A stretch of 64,000 bases of DNA from Vairimorpha necatrix (taxonomy: Eukaryota). The stretch spans positions 1,116,001 through 1,180,000 of the forward strand of contig CP142731.1 in NCBI GenBank assembly GCA_036630325.1, in the 5' to 3' direction. Shown piece after piece: positions 23,789 through 35,688 of the stretch (position 1 is the first letter of the stretch; each line of letters starts with the position of its first letter). The notes below the pieces were generated by a model. The model saw only the letters and a list, made by a program, of their open reading frames with translations, was not told the origin of the DNA and searched no databases. The translations under genes and the position numbers were made by a program.

Positions 23789-24147
23789 AAATATTAAAAA
23801 AAAAATTATTTTTAATATAAAAATTTTATAGGCATATTTTTAATTAATTCCTAATAGGAAGGAATATTTTTAAAATTGCTTGTTCTAAAAGTCTAAGCGA
23901 CATCTTTACTACAATTTATTTATCAGACACATTTTTAAATTTATTATGTTAAGCATTATATGAGAAATTGTAAATTAAAATTTATATAATTAAGATAACG
24001 TCAAAATCTTCATTTTGTATAAAAATTCGCAATAGAAATTATAATATCTATATAGTATGTTGGGTAATAGAACTATGTTCACATTTATTATTCTTCAAAA
24101 AAACCAAAGTCTCTACTTGTAAGAGTTGAGTTTTTAGACAAGATGGT

Positions 24148-24539
24148 TGTATAACGATATATCGTTATACGAGAAAAGGAAAGGCCTGTAAGCCAGAACA
24201 AATCTAGAGAAATCTAGAAGAAAAAAACACACTTTTACCTGGGGGAGGCATGGCAAGCTGCTGGTGCCGTAGCATTTACGTTGAACATGTTAGGTTCTTA
24301 ACTGACGAGTGGGTCAGACGTGTTATTCTCTTAGAACATTGCTGAACGCAGGTCACAGATAGGAATGTTTGTGGTTCTAATCCTAAGGGATACTTTTTCT
24401 TATGCAGGCAAGGCCTTTATGGTATGCTGGTGTGTATCACAAGTTATTGGCTGTTGAAGTTTTTATTTGCTGGGTGGCTTTTCTTTAATAACAACAAAAG
24501 TTTTTAAGTTTTTTTTTTTTCAAAAAAACCAACAATACA
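24148..24539. other. GC-elevated island starting with a perfect 22-bp palindrome; possible decayed solo LTR
   Basis: GTATAACGATATATCGTTATAC at 24149-24170; TGTAT..ATACA ends; the flanks TGGT and TCGT are an imperfect TSD at best. Confidence 0.35.
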
Positions 24540-25285
24540 TCGTCGCTTGTATGAAAACATTTAGACTTTTATATAATTTTTGCTAACAAATGTATCTTAA
24601 TTAGTTGTGAAATATCTCTACGTCGTAGTAAGCTTTAATTAAAAAAGTACAAAACTTAACTAAGGTTTATCTAACTATATTTTACTTTGTATCAATTGTG
24701 CCTTTACTTCTTCTATAGACCAATTTTTTAAACTTATGTGTCTATTATTTTTTTTTGTCTAAAAACCTATAACAAATAAAATATGTGATAATTTAATTGT
24801 AAAAAGATATTTATTTTGTTGTCTGTTAAAATATATTATTGTTGGTAAAAACAAACCAAACAATTAAAACAATCCATAAAAAACAATAATTTTTTTCTAC
24901 ATTAAAAAAAAATTTGTATAGAACAATAATATGATTTTATAACAAAAAAATCAAAAGGCAAAAGAGTCTAACTTTCTAAAATAGGACATTATAACTAAAA
25001 AGAATTTTGAAGATTTGAATTGGATGGAACTGTAAAAGAACTATTAAAAACTAGCTTTTAACGAAGAGGCGTGTTTGAGAAATAAATCTTTATATGTTTT
25101 AAACAAAAACATTATCAAAAAATAAAAAATATGTGAAAAATTGACGTATTTCTAGAATTCATGATTACTTAAAATATACTAATCATCAAAATTATACTTT
25201 ATAGAATCAAAAATTAAAAACATGCTAATGAGAATTTACATGATTGATAAGATATCAAGTTTAAGCATCAAAAGAAAAAAATTTT

Positions 25286-26359
25286 GGTGCTTCTTTGGTA
25301 TGCGATCGGACACCAAGACCCCCCCTTGTAATGAAAAAAATGTTAAAAAATACTAGAAATTTGATTTAATTGAGTAAATTATATAAACAATCAACATAAC
25401 AGTCGTAAAACTCCTCTAAATTGTCCTCTTTACAAAAACTTTTCCTAAATATAAATTCATTGGGCGATGAATCAATTTTCTTACGCTTGACTCCATGTTC
25501 TTTGGTCATTTCAGATTTTAGCTGCGACCATACATTCTCAATGTTATTGGTATATGTACCATCTGCAGATTTAACCCCAATAGAGTGGTTTACTACCTTA
25601 TGTAAGACAAAGATTTTGGGCTACACTTAGATAACTCGGATGACCATCACTAAGTAAAATCGAACCAACACCTATTTTACCTTCTAACAACTGTTAAACA
25701 CTTGACTTTCCTATTATCCACCACTGTAATGTAAAAGTTCGTAGGATTAGATGCTTCTACTATGCCTAGTATCCAAACAGTATCAGTAATTATATCATCA
25801 CAACTGGTTGCATTTCTTATTTTACCTCTTCTACAATTTACAGACTCATCAACTTTGACAATTTTTCCTGGTCCACCAACAATAAGCCTCTTGGTCATTT
25901 TTTACAGATTTCTCTAATTATTTTTGCATCGGAAACTGTCGATGATGAAACTCCTAGTTTTGCCTCATAAGTAAAATAACTACTCCTACACAAAAACAAA
26001 AAATTTAATTTACAAACATTATATAAAGGTAAATTGCATCATTTGTTAATTGATTCTTTAGCAAAGCATTTATAATTAGCACGCCCGTATACCACTCTTT
26101 TAACCTCTTTCTCCTTAAATAATACAACATTCAAAATCTCATTGCATTTAAAGCACGTCTTTTACTCTTTCAAGACTTCTAACTCAAGTAATGAGTTTAA
26201 ACAGTCACAATACCATAGAAAAGCCTTTGTATTGCCTTTATTTTGATTTTCGTGCTTTTCTTTGGTATGCGATCAGAAATTTTAAAGTCATTATTTTTCA
26301 TTTTTAGGAGGTCAGAATTTTTTTTAAAATAAAATTCTGGTCGCATTCAAAGAAGCTCC
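25286..26359 (-). mobile_element. Merlin (IS1595/ISXO2-like) DNA transposon, degenerate
   Basis: Imperfect TIRs GGTGCTTCTTTGGTATGCGATC (25286-25307) and GGTCGCATTCAAAGAAGCTCC (26339-26359). Minus-strand transposase remnants: CFKC zinc ribbon, GGPGKIVKVDES, SDGHPSY, TNNIENVWSQLK. No clear TSD. Confidence 0.85.
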
Positions 26360-26766
26360 GATTTTTTTATTTTTGTCATGTATCCATGGGACATGGCTAT
26401 TTTTAGAATAGTTATAATGTAATTATATTCATTAGTGATTTTAATCTTTCTTTTAGCTTCTTTTCCTTCAAAGACAGACTTTCTTTTATATGTTATTTTT
26501 AATTTTTTCTTGTTGTCAACATAAACATTGGCGTACTTACGAATGTACTAACGACCATGCAGCTTTAGTTTGTTTTTTTGTATGACTTATCTTGACAGGC
26601 TACTTGAGATGGTTAACATGTCTATGGAAATATATGACAGGCGGCGTTTATTAATTTGTCCATGTGATGTAGCAATGTTCATCACAATTTTTTAAATGCT
26701 TAAAATTTTGCATTTGTATGATATGTTAAATTAAATAAAAAAAAATTTTTATTATATACCCCTAAA

Positions 26767-27753
26767 ATGCATTTTCTCTTTAATTTTATAAAGTGTACAC
26801 AATATAAATACGACGAAAACATTGTAGAAAATGTCATTATGCAAAAATCCGAAGATCACTTGAACTTTTTTACAACAAACGAAAATTCCAATCTTATTTA
26901 TAATTTTGATAAAAATTTATCAAGTCAAAATTTAGAGCATTTTGACTATGACTGTGATGATCCAACCTATTTAAAAAAAGATGTATTATTAGGGCAAAAG
27001 CTGAATGATGATCGTACTATTAAAAATCAATCTAACCAAAGTATTGGCGAGGTTTTTTTAAATATGGATTTAGAAACTGGAGAACTAGAAGAACTTTTTT
27101 GTTTTGAAACGAATATAAATCAATTAGAAGAGAGCAATACTTTAACGAACAATGAAAACATCAATCCATTTGCAAAATTATTAGAATGTAAAATCCAAAT
27201 AAAAAATTTTATAGAACGACAAAGATTAATATTAAGTAAAAAATCACAAGCTTATCCTATAATTAGAATGACTCCTGAAAAAGAAGCTCTTATTCGGAAT
27301 TACAATCGATTAATATATTGTTTCAAAAAAGATTTTATTTATAATTTAAACAATAGAAAACTGACAAAATTAAGTAAAATAATAAAAAATATAAATGTAT
27401 CTGATGAAACAAAGAAAATCATTATAGAGTTTTTAGATGTATTTAAATTATTTGTTTCGGCTTATGATAAGAGAAAAAACTTTTTACAACGCAAATTTTT
27501 AATTATAAAAAATTTGGTAGAAATAATTCGTTACAATATAGAGATAATGTCAATATTTAATTATATACCAATAATTGAAACTTTTGAAAATATTGATAAA
27601 CATGTAAGATTAAAAGAATATGAAAGTGACAAAAACAAAGAAGAAGTAATATCTATTTTAAATTCTATCAAAACTTCGTTGCACATTTTATGTGATAAAT
27701 CGTGCGAAATAAAAAAAGTCTATGAGAAATGCATTGAAATACTTTTAGAATAA
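26767..27753 (+). CDS. Expanded lineage-specific family ('DLET' family) member 1, putative secreted (328 aa)
   Basis: CCCCTAAAATG start; motifs DLET..LEE.F.FE, FKKDFIYNL, IRYNIEIMSIFNYIPII and YEKCIE are shared with the other copies. Confidence 0.88.
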   Translation: MHFLFNFIKCTQYKYDENIVENVIMQKSEDHLNFFTTNENSNLIYNFDKNLSSQNLEHFDYDCDDPTYLKKDVLLGQKLNDDRTIKNQSNQSIGEVFLNMDLETGELEELFCFETNINQLEESNTLTNNENINPFAKLLECKIQIKNFIERQRLILSKKSQAYPIIRMTPEKEALIRNYNRLIYCFKKDFIYNLNNRKLTKLSKIIKNINVSDETKKIIIEFLDVFKLFVSAYDKRKNFLQRKFLIIKNLVEIIRYNIEIMSIFNYIPIIETFENIDKHVRLKEYESDKNKEEVISILNSIKTSLHILCDKSCEIKKVYEKCIEILLE

Positions 27754-29751
27754 CATGTTTTATACAACTCCATTAAATGTTGTAATCATAGAAAGAAATT
27801 TAACGTGATTAAATTATTTATTTTATTTTAAGAGTACGGAAAAATATAAAAAATACAACAATCATTTAATGGCATATGTTTTCAAACCAGATATAAGAAC
27901 TAGGATAAAATAAGGATCTCTGAAAACATTGATTAAATTATTTTTACAATAATTGATACTACTAGAAATGTAAAAAGACATAGCGTATGTTAGAGTTAAA
28001 GGAATCTAATTTAAGTTAATGATGGGATGCAAATACATCACAATCCTGAGCAGAATATCAGAATAGCTTTTTTTCTAGTTTCTTTTCTCAGGTTGTGATT
28101 TTTCTACAAATCATAAGAACGACAACAAAAAGATTGTTCGAAAATTACTGATATATGCTTGGTATCAGGTCTGAAAAAAAAAACTTCTAAAAGTTTTCGA
28201 TGGATAAATATGTCAGATAAACATAAGACATTTTAAAAATGTCTTATTTTATTTGTTATAGTATTAAAAGGCTTTTTTAAATATTTTTATTTAGTGATAA
28301 TAACCAACTAAGATAAATATAATAAAATTGAAAAAAAAACTAATTTAAGAGTTATAAAAATATTTTATCGCCCATATCTTGTATATTTAACTAAATTATA
28401 TTTTTAAAAACGATTTAGCCATATATTTATAGATGGGACAAGTTTATGAAATTTGATGACGTTGATACCTTAGGAATTTCAAAAAATTTCTTGTTCATCC
28501 GCTCACGCTCTTTTTAAATTATCTGAAGATAAAAATACTCAAAAAAAATTTTTGAAACCAAAAAGCATATTACAAATAGCATACAAAAAAAATTCTCATG
28601 TTTTTACAAAATAAATTTCCTTTTATGAAATCGAACCCCAAAAATTATCATCTTCAAATTAAAAACTGAACCCCGATTGTCCCGTTAATTTTATAAAATT
28701 TATGCAGAAAAATAACGAAAAAGTGTACACATATAAATGGATGACGCTGGAATGAACAAAAACTTATCTGTAACTTTTATATAATATATAAAGACATGAC
28801 AGTCAACGTGTTAATTGTAAAATTTAGCGACTTTTTCATTCTTCGTTTATAAAAAATTTTTAATTACTACATATAAATTCATTAAAAACTTAATTATAAA
28901 ACAAGGCCAGATCGACTCCACTATTGTCATATATATTTTCCGAATAGTAATCACATCTATTAATAATAAATCCAAGAATTATATAAAAAATAAGAAATTT
29001 ACAATAATAAATAAAATTTCTGTTGTACTTTTCTTGTTTAATAAATTAAAACTTGAGACATGTTTTTTTTTCACAAAAATTTATATTTAGCCAATTATTA
29101 ATCTTAATTGTTTGTTCATATTTTTTTTCAAAGCATTAAACTTTTTTGAGTCTTTGATAAAAATAAATTTTGCCTTTTTTTATATTGTTTTATTTTTATA
29201 CTTAAAAAAAGATTCATTTACGTAACTATCAAATAAATTTTTCTAAGAATACTAGAAAAATTAAACTTTGTTTTAAAAAAACTAGTAAATCTGAGGTTTT
29301 TTTTATTTGTACAAAAAAAAATAAAAAATTGACATGTTTTACAAAAATAATAAAATTTTTGATGATTCCACTAAATCAAGCAAATATAAAGTAATTAATA
29401 TTAAATTTTTTATCCCATTTACCCTTTTTGACTGATTTTTATATCAAATTTTACCTCTTGTAGAATTAAGTTTGTCAATTAGGAATTAGTTTAAAGTAAT
29501 ACTGGGTTCTATACGTCATGAACAAAGTTGTTGTGGAATCCCCCTCAAAATAAATTCAAAAAAAATATTTTTTGAATACTTTTTGTGTTTAATAGTTTAA
29601 TAAATCCAAATATTATGTAATACAATTAATAAATTAATAAATATATTTCGCTCCCTTTAAAACTCTAAATATATGATAAACGCCATTTTGGGCTAATTTA
29701 ACTCCATATACTCGAAAAAATATTTATAAATTTTTTTTTATCGCCCCTAAA

Positions 29752-30823
29752 ATGATTTTTATATTTATATTTTTACTTTGTACGCAATTTGATGTCGATG
29801 AAAAAGATAAAGAGAATAAAAATAGGGAATATACGTTAAAAATTGTAGCAACTTAAGAGGATAAAATGCATGATTACGTGGATTACAATGAAAATTTTAT
29901 ATATAAAGTTAAAGAGTATAATGAACATGAAATTTTTGGTCCGAAGGACTTGAAAAATGAAATTATTATTAATAAAAAAACTCAAAATGACATTTTTTTA
30001 CAAGATGAAACACAAAGTAATTGTGATGATCCAGTCAAAAATCTTGATTTAGAAACAAGTGATTTAAAAAAAATTCATTGGTTTGAAGAGGACATAGACC
30101 AATTGCAAGAGAGTAATACCGCAAATGATAGACCAATTGAGACTTCTGAACGAAAATTGCTGAAAGAATTAAAAAACGAAATAGAAAAATTTAGGAAAGA
30201 GAGGATATTTAATTTAGTTACAGAAAAAGGACCGCGTAATAAAAATATTGTGAATAAAAAAACAAAAGGGCTCATAAAAAAAAAGAATTGTGACATTCTC
30301 GAGTTCAAAAAAGATTTTATATACAACTTGAAGAATAAAGAATTAAAGAAACTGCGCAAATTGATTTTACACGCCTATATTCCTGCCGATGTTAAGATCG
30401 TACTTTTAGAAATTATTGAAGTTTTTAAATCTTTCATTGGGGGTTACAAAAATAGAAAAAATCTTTTAACCAAAAAAAAAAATAAACAGGACAAACATGG
30501 TACTTATGATACGTTTTAATATAGAAATAATGTCCATTTTTGATTATATACCAATATTTGAAATTTTTTCTAAAATAAGAGATATAATTATCCAAAGAAA
30601 TTATGAAAATCACACAATCAAACACAACGTAGTCAAATTTTTTATTAAGATTTTTAAACATTTACAAGAATTGCATAAAAAGTCAAAAGATATAATAAAA
30701 ACATATGAGGAATGTATTGAGCTATATGAGAAAAAAACAGATATTATAAATAGAAATATACAAAAAAACTTTAACACATCAAGATTCTTTTATTTTAGAC
30801 TAGACAATGCCTATCTGTTTTAA
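29752..30823 (+). pseudogene. DLET family member 2, disrupted
   Basis: CCCCTAAAATG start; TAA at 29854-29856 where the paralog has GAA; frameshift around the A11 run at 30472-30482. Confidence 0.85.
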
Positions 30824-31389
30824 AGACGGGATTTATATATTTTTAGATATGTTACTCTTTTATTTTATTAGTTTCTATTTTGGAATTGTGAAATGTAAAA
30901 GAAGAAATTATGTTGAAAAAAAATAAAATATTTCTCAAGATGTCAATAGTAGCGAATTATGTAAAAAACGGTTATTATTGCCGTGTCGAGTTAGTCTCGG
31001 GACAATAATTAGTGAACTTGTTAGAAGAAGGTGAATTTTGAGTTAATAGTTTATTACTCTTTGTACCCTTCTTAGGGTATTTTGCTTATTTACTTTTACT
31101 AGGCGTTTCCTTCTAATTAAAGCATTTTTACGGAAAATAAGTAGAACTAAAGTCTTAGAAAAATGTGTAAAACACACAATTGTAACATGTTATTTGGAAT
31201 TCCCTAAGACGATAAATATCTCATTCGTTCCAAACAAATACAGAATTCATTATTACTGGAAATTCTTAGAGTCACGTAGGTTTACCACATGACAGGTTTT
31301 CTATGTTTTTTAAAAAGCACTAAACCTACTTTGACTTTTCTAAGAAATAAAATTTGCATTATGCTTGAGAAATGTTTTATTTGAATAAT

Positions 31390-31690
31390 TAAGTGGTATT
31401 ATTTACCATATTATTTTTATCCCTCCGAATGAATTTTTTAGATTAAATTTTACTATAACTTTTTCTGTTTATTTTATCCTAATTAAAATGTCTAGAAAAG
31501 CAGAGGAGTACAAGCAACAGCAAGACAAATCACTGTTTCCTTTGAGGAGGGAAAATAATCCTCACGGAGGCTACTACAATAAAACTAATATAATTAAACA
31601 CAATATTCTAGCACCGAGAGAAGCATCATAGAATGCTATCTGAGGAATGAATAACTGCCGGGCAATGCCTCAAAATTAAACAAAGATTTG
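31390..31690 (+). repeat. Decayed homolog of the solo LTR at 44610-44920
   Basis: Shares GTGGTATTATTTACCA, TCCCTCC.A.TGAATTTT and GAGAAGCAT....GAATGCTAT with the reverse complement of 44610-44920. Confidence 0.7.
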
Positions 31691-32183
31691 TTTGATCATC
31701 TATCAAAATCTATTTTTTAGTGAATAAAAAAAATTTTACTAAATGAAAAACTTGTAAATCTGAGTTTTGATCATTGTATAATTTGAACAAATTAAAAAAA
31801 TAATAAATTTTTGATGTTTCGCAAACAGCAAAATTAAAAAAATTGATTATTCATTTTTTTAACTCTTTTTTATTAATTATCTTTTTAAATTTACATAGAC
31901 TAAAATTAAATTTGTCAATTAGGAGTTTCTTTCAGAAAGAATTTGTTTTTACTCTATTAAACAGAGTTTTTTTAGAACAAACCACAAAATTAATTTAAAA
32001 AATATTTCTATATAATATGAATATGCTTTTTATTTATATAAATAAAAATTTAATGGTATACAACATCTATATTATAAAAAAGGATTGCATTCTTAAAAAA
32101 TTTTTAAAATATTATTATTGCCATTTAGAGCTAATTATGGCCGATACCCTCGAAAAGTTATTTGGATTTTTTACGCCCCTAAA

Positions 32184-33179
32184 ATGATTTTTAATTTGTT
32201 ATTTTTATTTTGTACGGAAGTTGATGTCAATAATAAAGATAATAAAAATAGAGAATACACGTCAGAATTTGTAACAATTGAAGAGGATAAAATGTTTGAT
32301 TACGTTGATTACAATGAAAATCTATCTTATAAAACTAATGAGTGTAATGAATATGAGAATAGTGTTCCGATGGAATTGAGAAATGATATACTTTTAAATC
32401 AAAATTCACTTCATACCATCTTTTTACAAGATACAACACAAAGCAATTGTGATTATATAGTTTTAAGTGTTGATTTAGAAACAAGCGATTTAGAAGAAAT
32501 TTATCAGTTTGAGATGGACATAGACCAATCGCAAGAGAGTATTATGACAACAAATATTCACTGTGAAACTTCTGAACAATTTTTGCTAGCAGAATTAAAA
32601 AAGAAAATTGAAGAATTTATAAAACAGAAAAAATTTGAATTAGACAAAAAAAATGCACCGCTTGAAAAAATTTATCTGAATGAAAAAGCACAAAAGCTTG
32701 TAAAAAATTATAACGACACAATACTTGAGTTTAAAAAAAATTTTACTTACAGATTGAAAAAATTAAAATTGAATAAACTGCGCGAAATAATCGCTTACTC
32801 GAAAATTCCTGCTGATGTTAAGACCGTACTTCATAAAATTATTGAAGTTTTTAAACTTTTAATTAAGAGTTACGACAATAGGAAAAATTTTATAACTTTT
32901 AAAAATATAACAAATCAAAAAATGATACTTATGCTACGTAATAATATAGAAATTATGTCCATATTAAATTATATACCAATATTAAAAACTTTTAAAGAAA
33001 TAAAAGAGAAAACATTGCTAAGAAATTATGACACTATAGAAATTGAAAACAAAATAAAAGATTTTTACGAAAATCTTTTTATATATTTACAGGAATTGTA
33101 TAATAAGTCAGTAGAAATAATAGAAACATATGAAAAATGTATTATTTTATATGAAAAAAAAACCAGATATAATAACTAG
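32184..33179 (+). CDS. DLET family member 3, putative secreted (331 aa)
   Basis: CCCCTAAAATG start at 32184 (the track start is TTG); MIFNLLFLFCT hydrophobic N-terminus; close paralog of member 2. Confidence 0.88.
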   Translation: MIFNLLFLFCTEVDVNNKDNKNREYTSEFVTIEEDKMFDYVDYNENLSYKTNECNEYENSVPMELRNDILLNQNSLHTIFLQDTTQSNCDYIVLSVDLETSDLEEIYQFEMDIDQSQESIMTTNIHCETSEQFLLAELKKKIEEFIKQKKFELDKKNAPLEKIYLNEKAQKLVKNYNDTILEFKKNFTYRLKKLKLNKLREIIAYSKIPADVKTVLHKIIEVFKLLIKSYDNRKNFITFKNITNQKMILMLRNNIEIMSILNYIPILKTFKEIKEKTLLRNYDTIEIENKIKDFYENLFIYLQELYNKSVEIIETYEKCIILYEKKTRYNN

Positions 33180-34856
33180 AAATAAACAAAAAACCTCAAC
33201 ACTTCAAGATTCTTTTAATATAAACCAGACGATGCTTTTTTGTTTCAAAGGCGGTATTACAATATTTTTTTATATGTTACTCTTTTATATTTTATTAAAT
33301 CCACTTTTCGGGAATGAGGATTAAAAAAAACAACTTATGTTGCTAAATAAATTTTTTTATTAATATCAATAAAACCAAAATATGTTAAAAACATTTATTA
33401 TTTTTAATGAAAATATTGTAAAATTATTAAGCTTGATTTTGACACTTACTTTACAAAATGTTCGACACTGAAGTTAATTATAATTTTTTGTGGAAAGGCT
33501 AAATAAATTCTAAAAAACGATTTAAACGATATTTTAAAAATTACGCAAGCAAACTATAATTTATGTATACAATATAGAGCCGAAATTTTTCAAATTTTTT
33601 TTTGAAAACTTGTTTTTTGATATTTATAATTTTATTGAATTTAAATAAGTGATGTAGAGATTTTCAGCCAAATTAGAGAAGGTAAAAGTAAAACAAATTT
33701 CTTGGTTTTTTGATTAATAAAGTTTATGCTTATTAATTTAGATATTTTAAATTGTTGGTAATCTCGGAGACTATATAGGAAATCATTTTTAAGGCGAAAA
33801 GTAAAATTAGAAAGAGTCTTTGTTTTTCAAAGCAGTCGTGTGTTGTTTTAATGCGATGTCACTAGATTAAAATCCCATAGGACTACCTTTTTATTCCAAT
33901 AAAAAAAAATCCATAGAACAATATTAGTTTTTTATTATGGGTCTACAGTAAATTTTTTGTTTTATTACATGATAATGTATGATTTTTTTGGTAGTTTTTT
34001 TTAAGCATAAAAAAGAAATATATTTGAGATGTATACAAATTTTATTTTAATTATTTTTTATTAATTTTTAAATTCTGAGCTTTACAGGAGCCAATTAAAA
34101 GTTTTTCGTTCAGTTTTAATTTCTTTTTTTTCATATTTCTTATATTAGTTTTGTTGTCGAGAAGAATCATTATCGGTCTCTGTTTTTTCATCTTGGGTGG
34201 TCAGATTTCTCATAAGTTATACATGTGTATCGTAACCACTAAGATGCTATTTACAAGACTTCCAATAATTTTTGCAACAACTCTTTGCTTCAATCCTTTA
34301 AATATTGTAGTTTTAATATGCAATTCATTCGTTATATATTGCCAAATTTTTAGTTATATAGCAGGAAGAATATGCCCACTTAGATCCATAAGAATTTACC
34401 TTTAAAATGGCCAAATAGATATTAAAATGTCCATACAACCTTTTAATAAAAACAAATATAAATAAATGCTTTCGTATTTATTCGAATTATATGCAAATAT
34501 AAGTAAAAATCACATATTTATTTCTACTTATAAAATCATTTCTCCCGTACAGTAAATATGGAATAGATAGTAACTAATTTTTTAAAACTAAAAAAATTAT
34601 AGTAATCTAAAAGAATACAGGATTCATCGATAAGTAAAAAAGAGCTATACTTCAAAAAACAAAATTATATAACTAAATTAAAATAATTGTAAAATATCAG
34701 AACATTTTTTTGACCAATTATATAAATCTAATATTATTATATAATTATGAAGCACCTTTAAAATACATAAATCGAATTTATTAAGTCTTTTCTATTTAAT
34801 AACAAGTTTAGCTTTGTACGCAAAAAACTTTAAAAAAACAATATCAATATCCCTTT

Positions 34857-35330
34857 ATGTTTTTATGTGAATTTCTTTAGTTTATGAAAATTATTGAACA
34901 CGATAAAAAGTTTGAAATAAATTTTATTTTGAGGCCAAAGAATTTAAGAATATTTTTAATGCAGATTAAATGAAATATCCATTGCTAAAACATTGATGTT
35001 CTAACTTTAAAATATAATGTGATAAGTCAATCACATTAAAACATTATGTTTTTGAAATAATTTCGTAAGAAAAGATTTTATTTTACAATATAGAACATTT
35101 TTTTTCCTGCTTACAAAGCTGAAAACGTTGATTTAGAACAAGTAGATAGAATTTTTTTATGTTTATAACTGACGTAGAAAATTTATATGAAAAAAATATT
35201 GTGGTAGATAATGAAATTTTAATTTTTTTTCAAGTTGCTTAGGGCAATTTATAAAAATAAAGAACTTAAAAATACAAAGCGGAAAAAAATTTCTGAAAAT
35301 AAAATTAAGGTCATAACAGATCCATTAAAC
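34857..35330 (+). pseudogene. Heavily decayed DLET family relic
   Basis: CCCTTTATG start; ENVDLEQVDRIF...TDVENL resembles VDLETSDLEEI..FEMDIDQ. The end is uncertain. Confidence 0.4.
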
Positions 35331-35688
35331 AAATCTCTTTAAAAGTAAAAATTTTGTCGGGAAAATTTCAACAGAATAGTCTGGTTTAGAACTGAATAAA
35401 ACAAAAAAATGAAGCAATAGAAAAGAAGGATTTTTTATATGTGTTTTTGAGCATAAAGTATTTTTTCTCTCACGCAAACTGCAAATACTGATTAGAAGTG
35501 GAAAGATACCAAAATAATGTTTATAAATAAACGTGTACTAGCACAAATGACAATTAAAAGGATAAGATGACTTTTGTTGTCAGTTCTACTTAAAATGTTT
35601 AATGAAGTTAAAATACTTGTAATGTTGGATGTCTTAACTAAAATATAATGTAAACATGGGATAATGAGAATAGTGTGTTAATATAAGT

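Noticed and set aside
24228-24300. ACTTTTACCTGGGG resembles the U1 snRNA 5' end (ACUUACCUG)
   Set aside because: It has two extra T residues, and I found no U1-70K loop or convincing U1 fold.
24377-24390. CTAATCCTAA as a telomerase RNA template
   Set aside because: Not an exact 1.5-unit copy of TTAGG or TTAGGG, and there is no other support.
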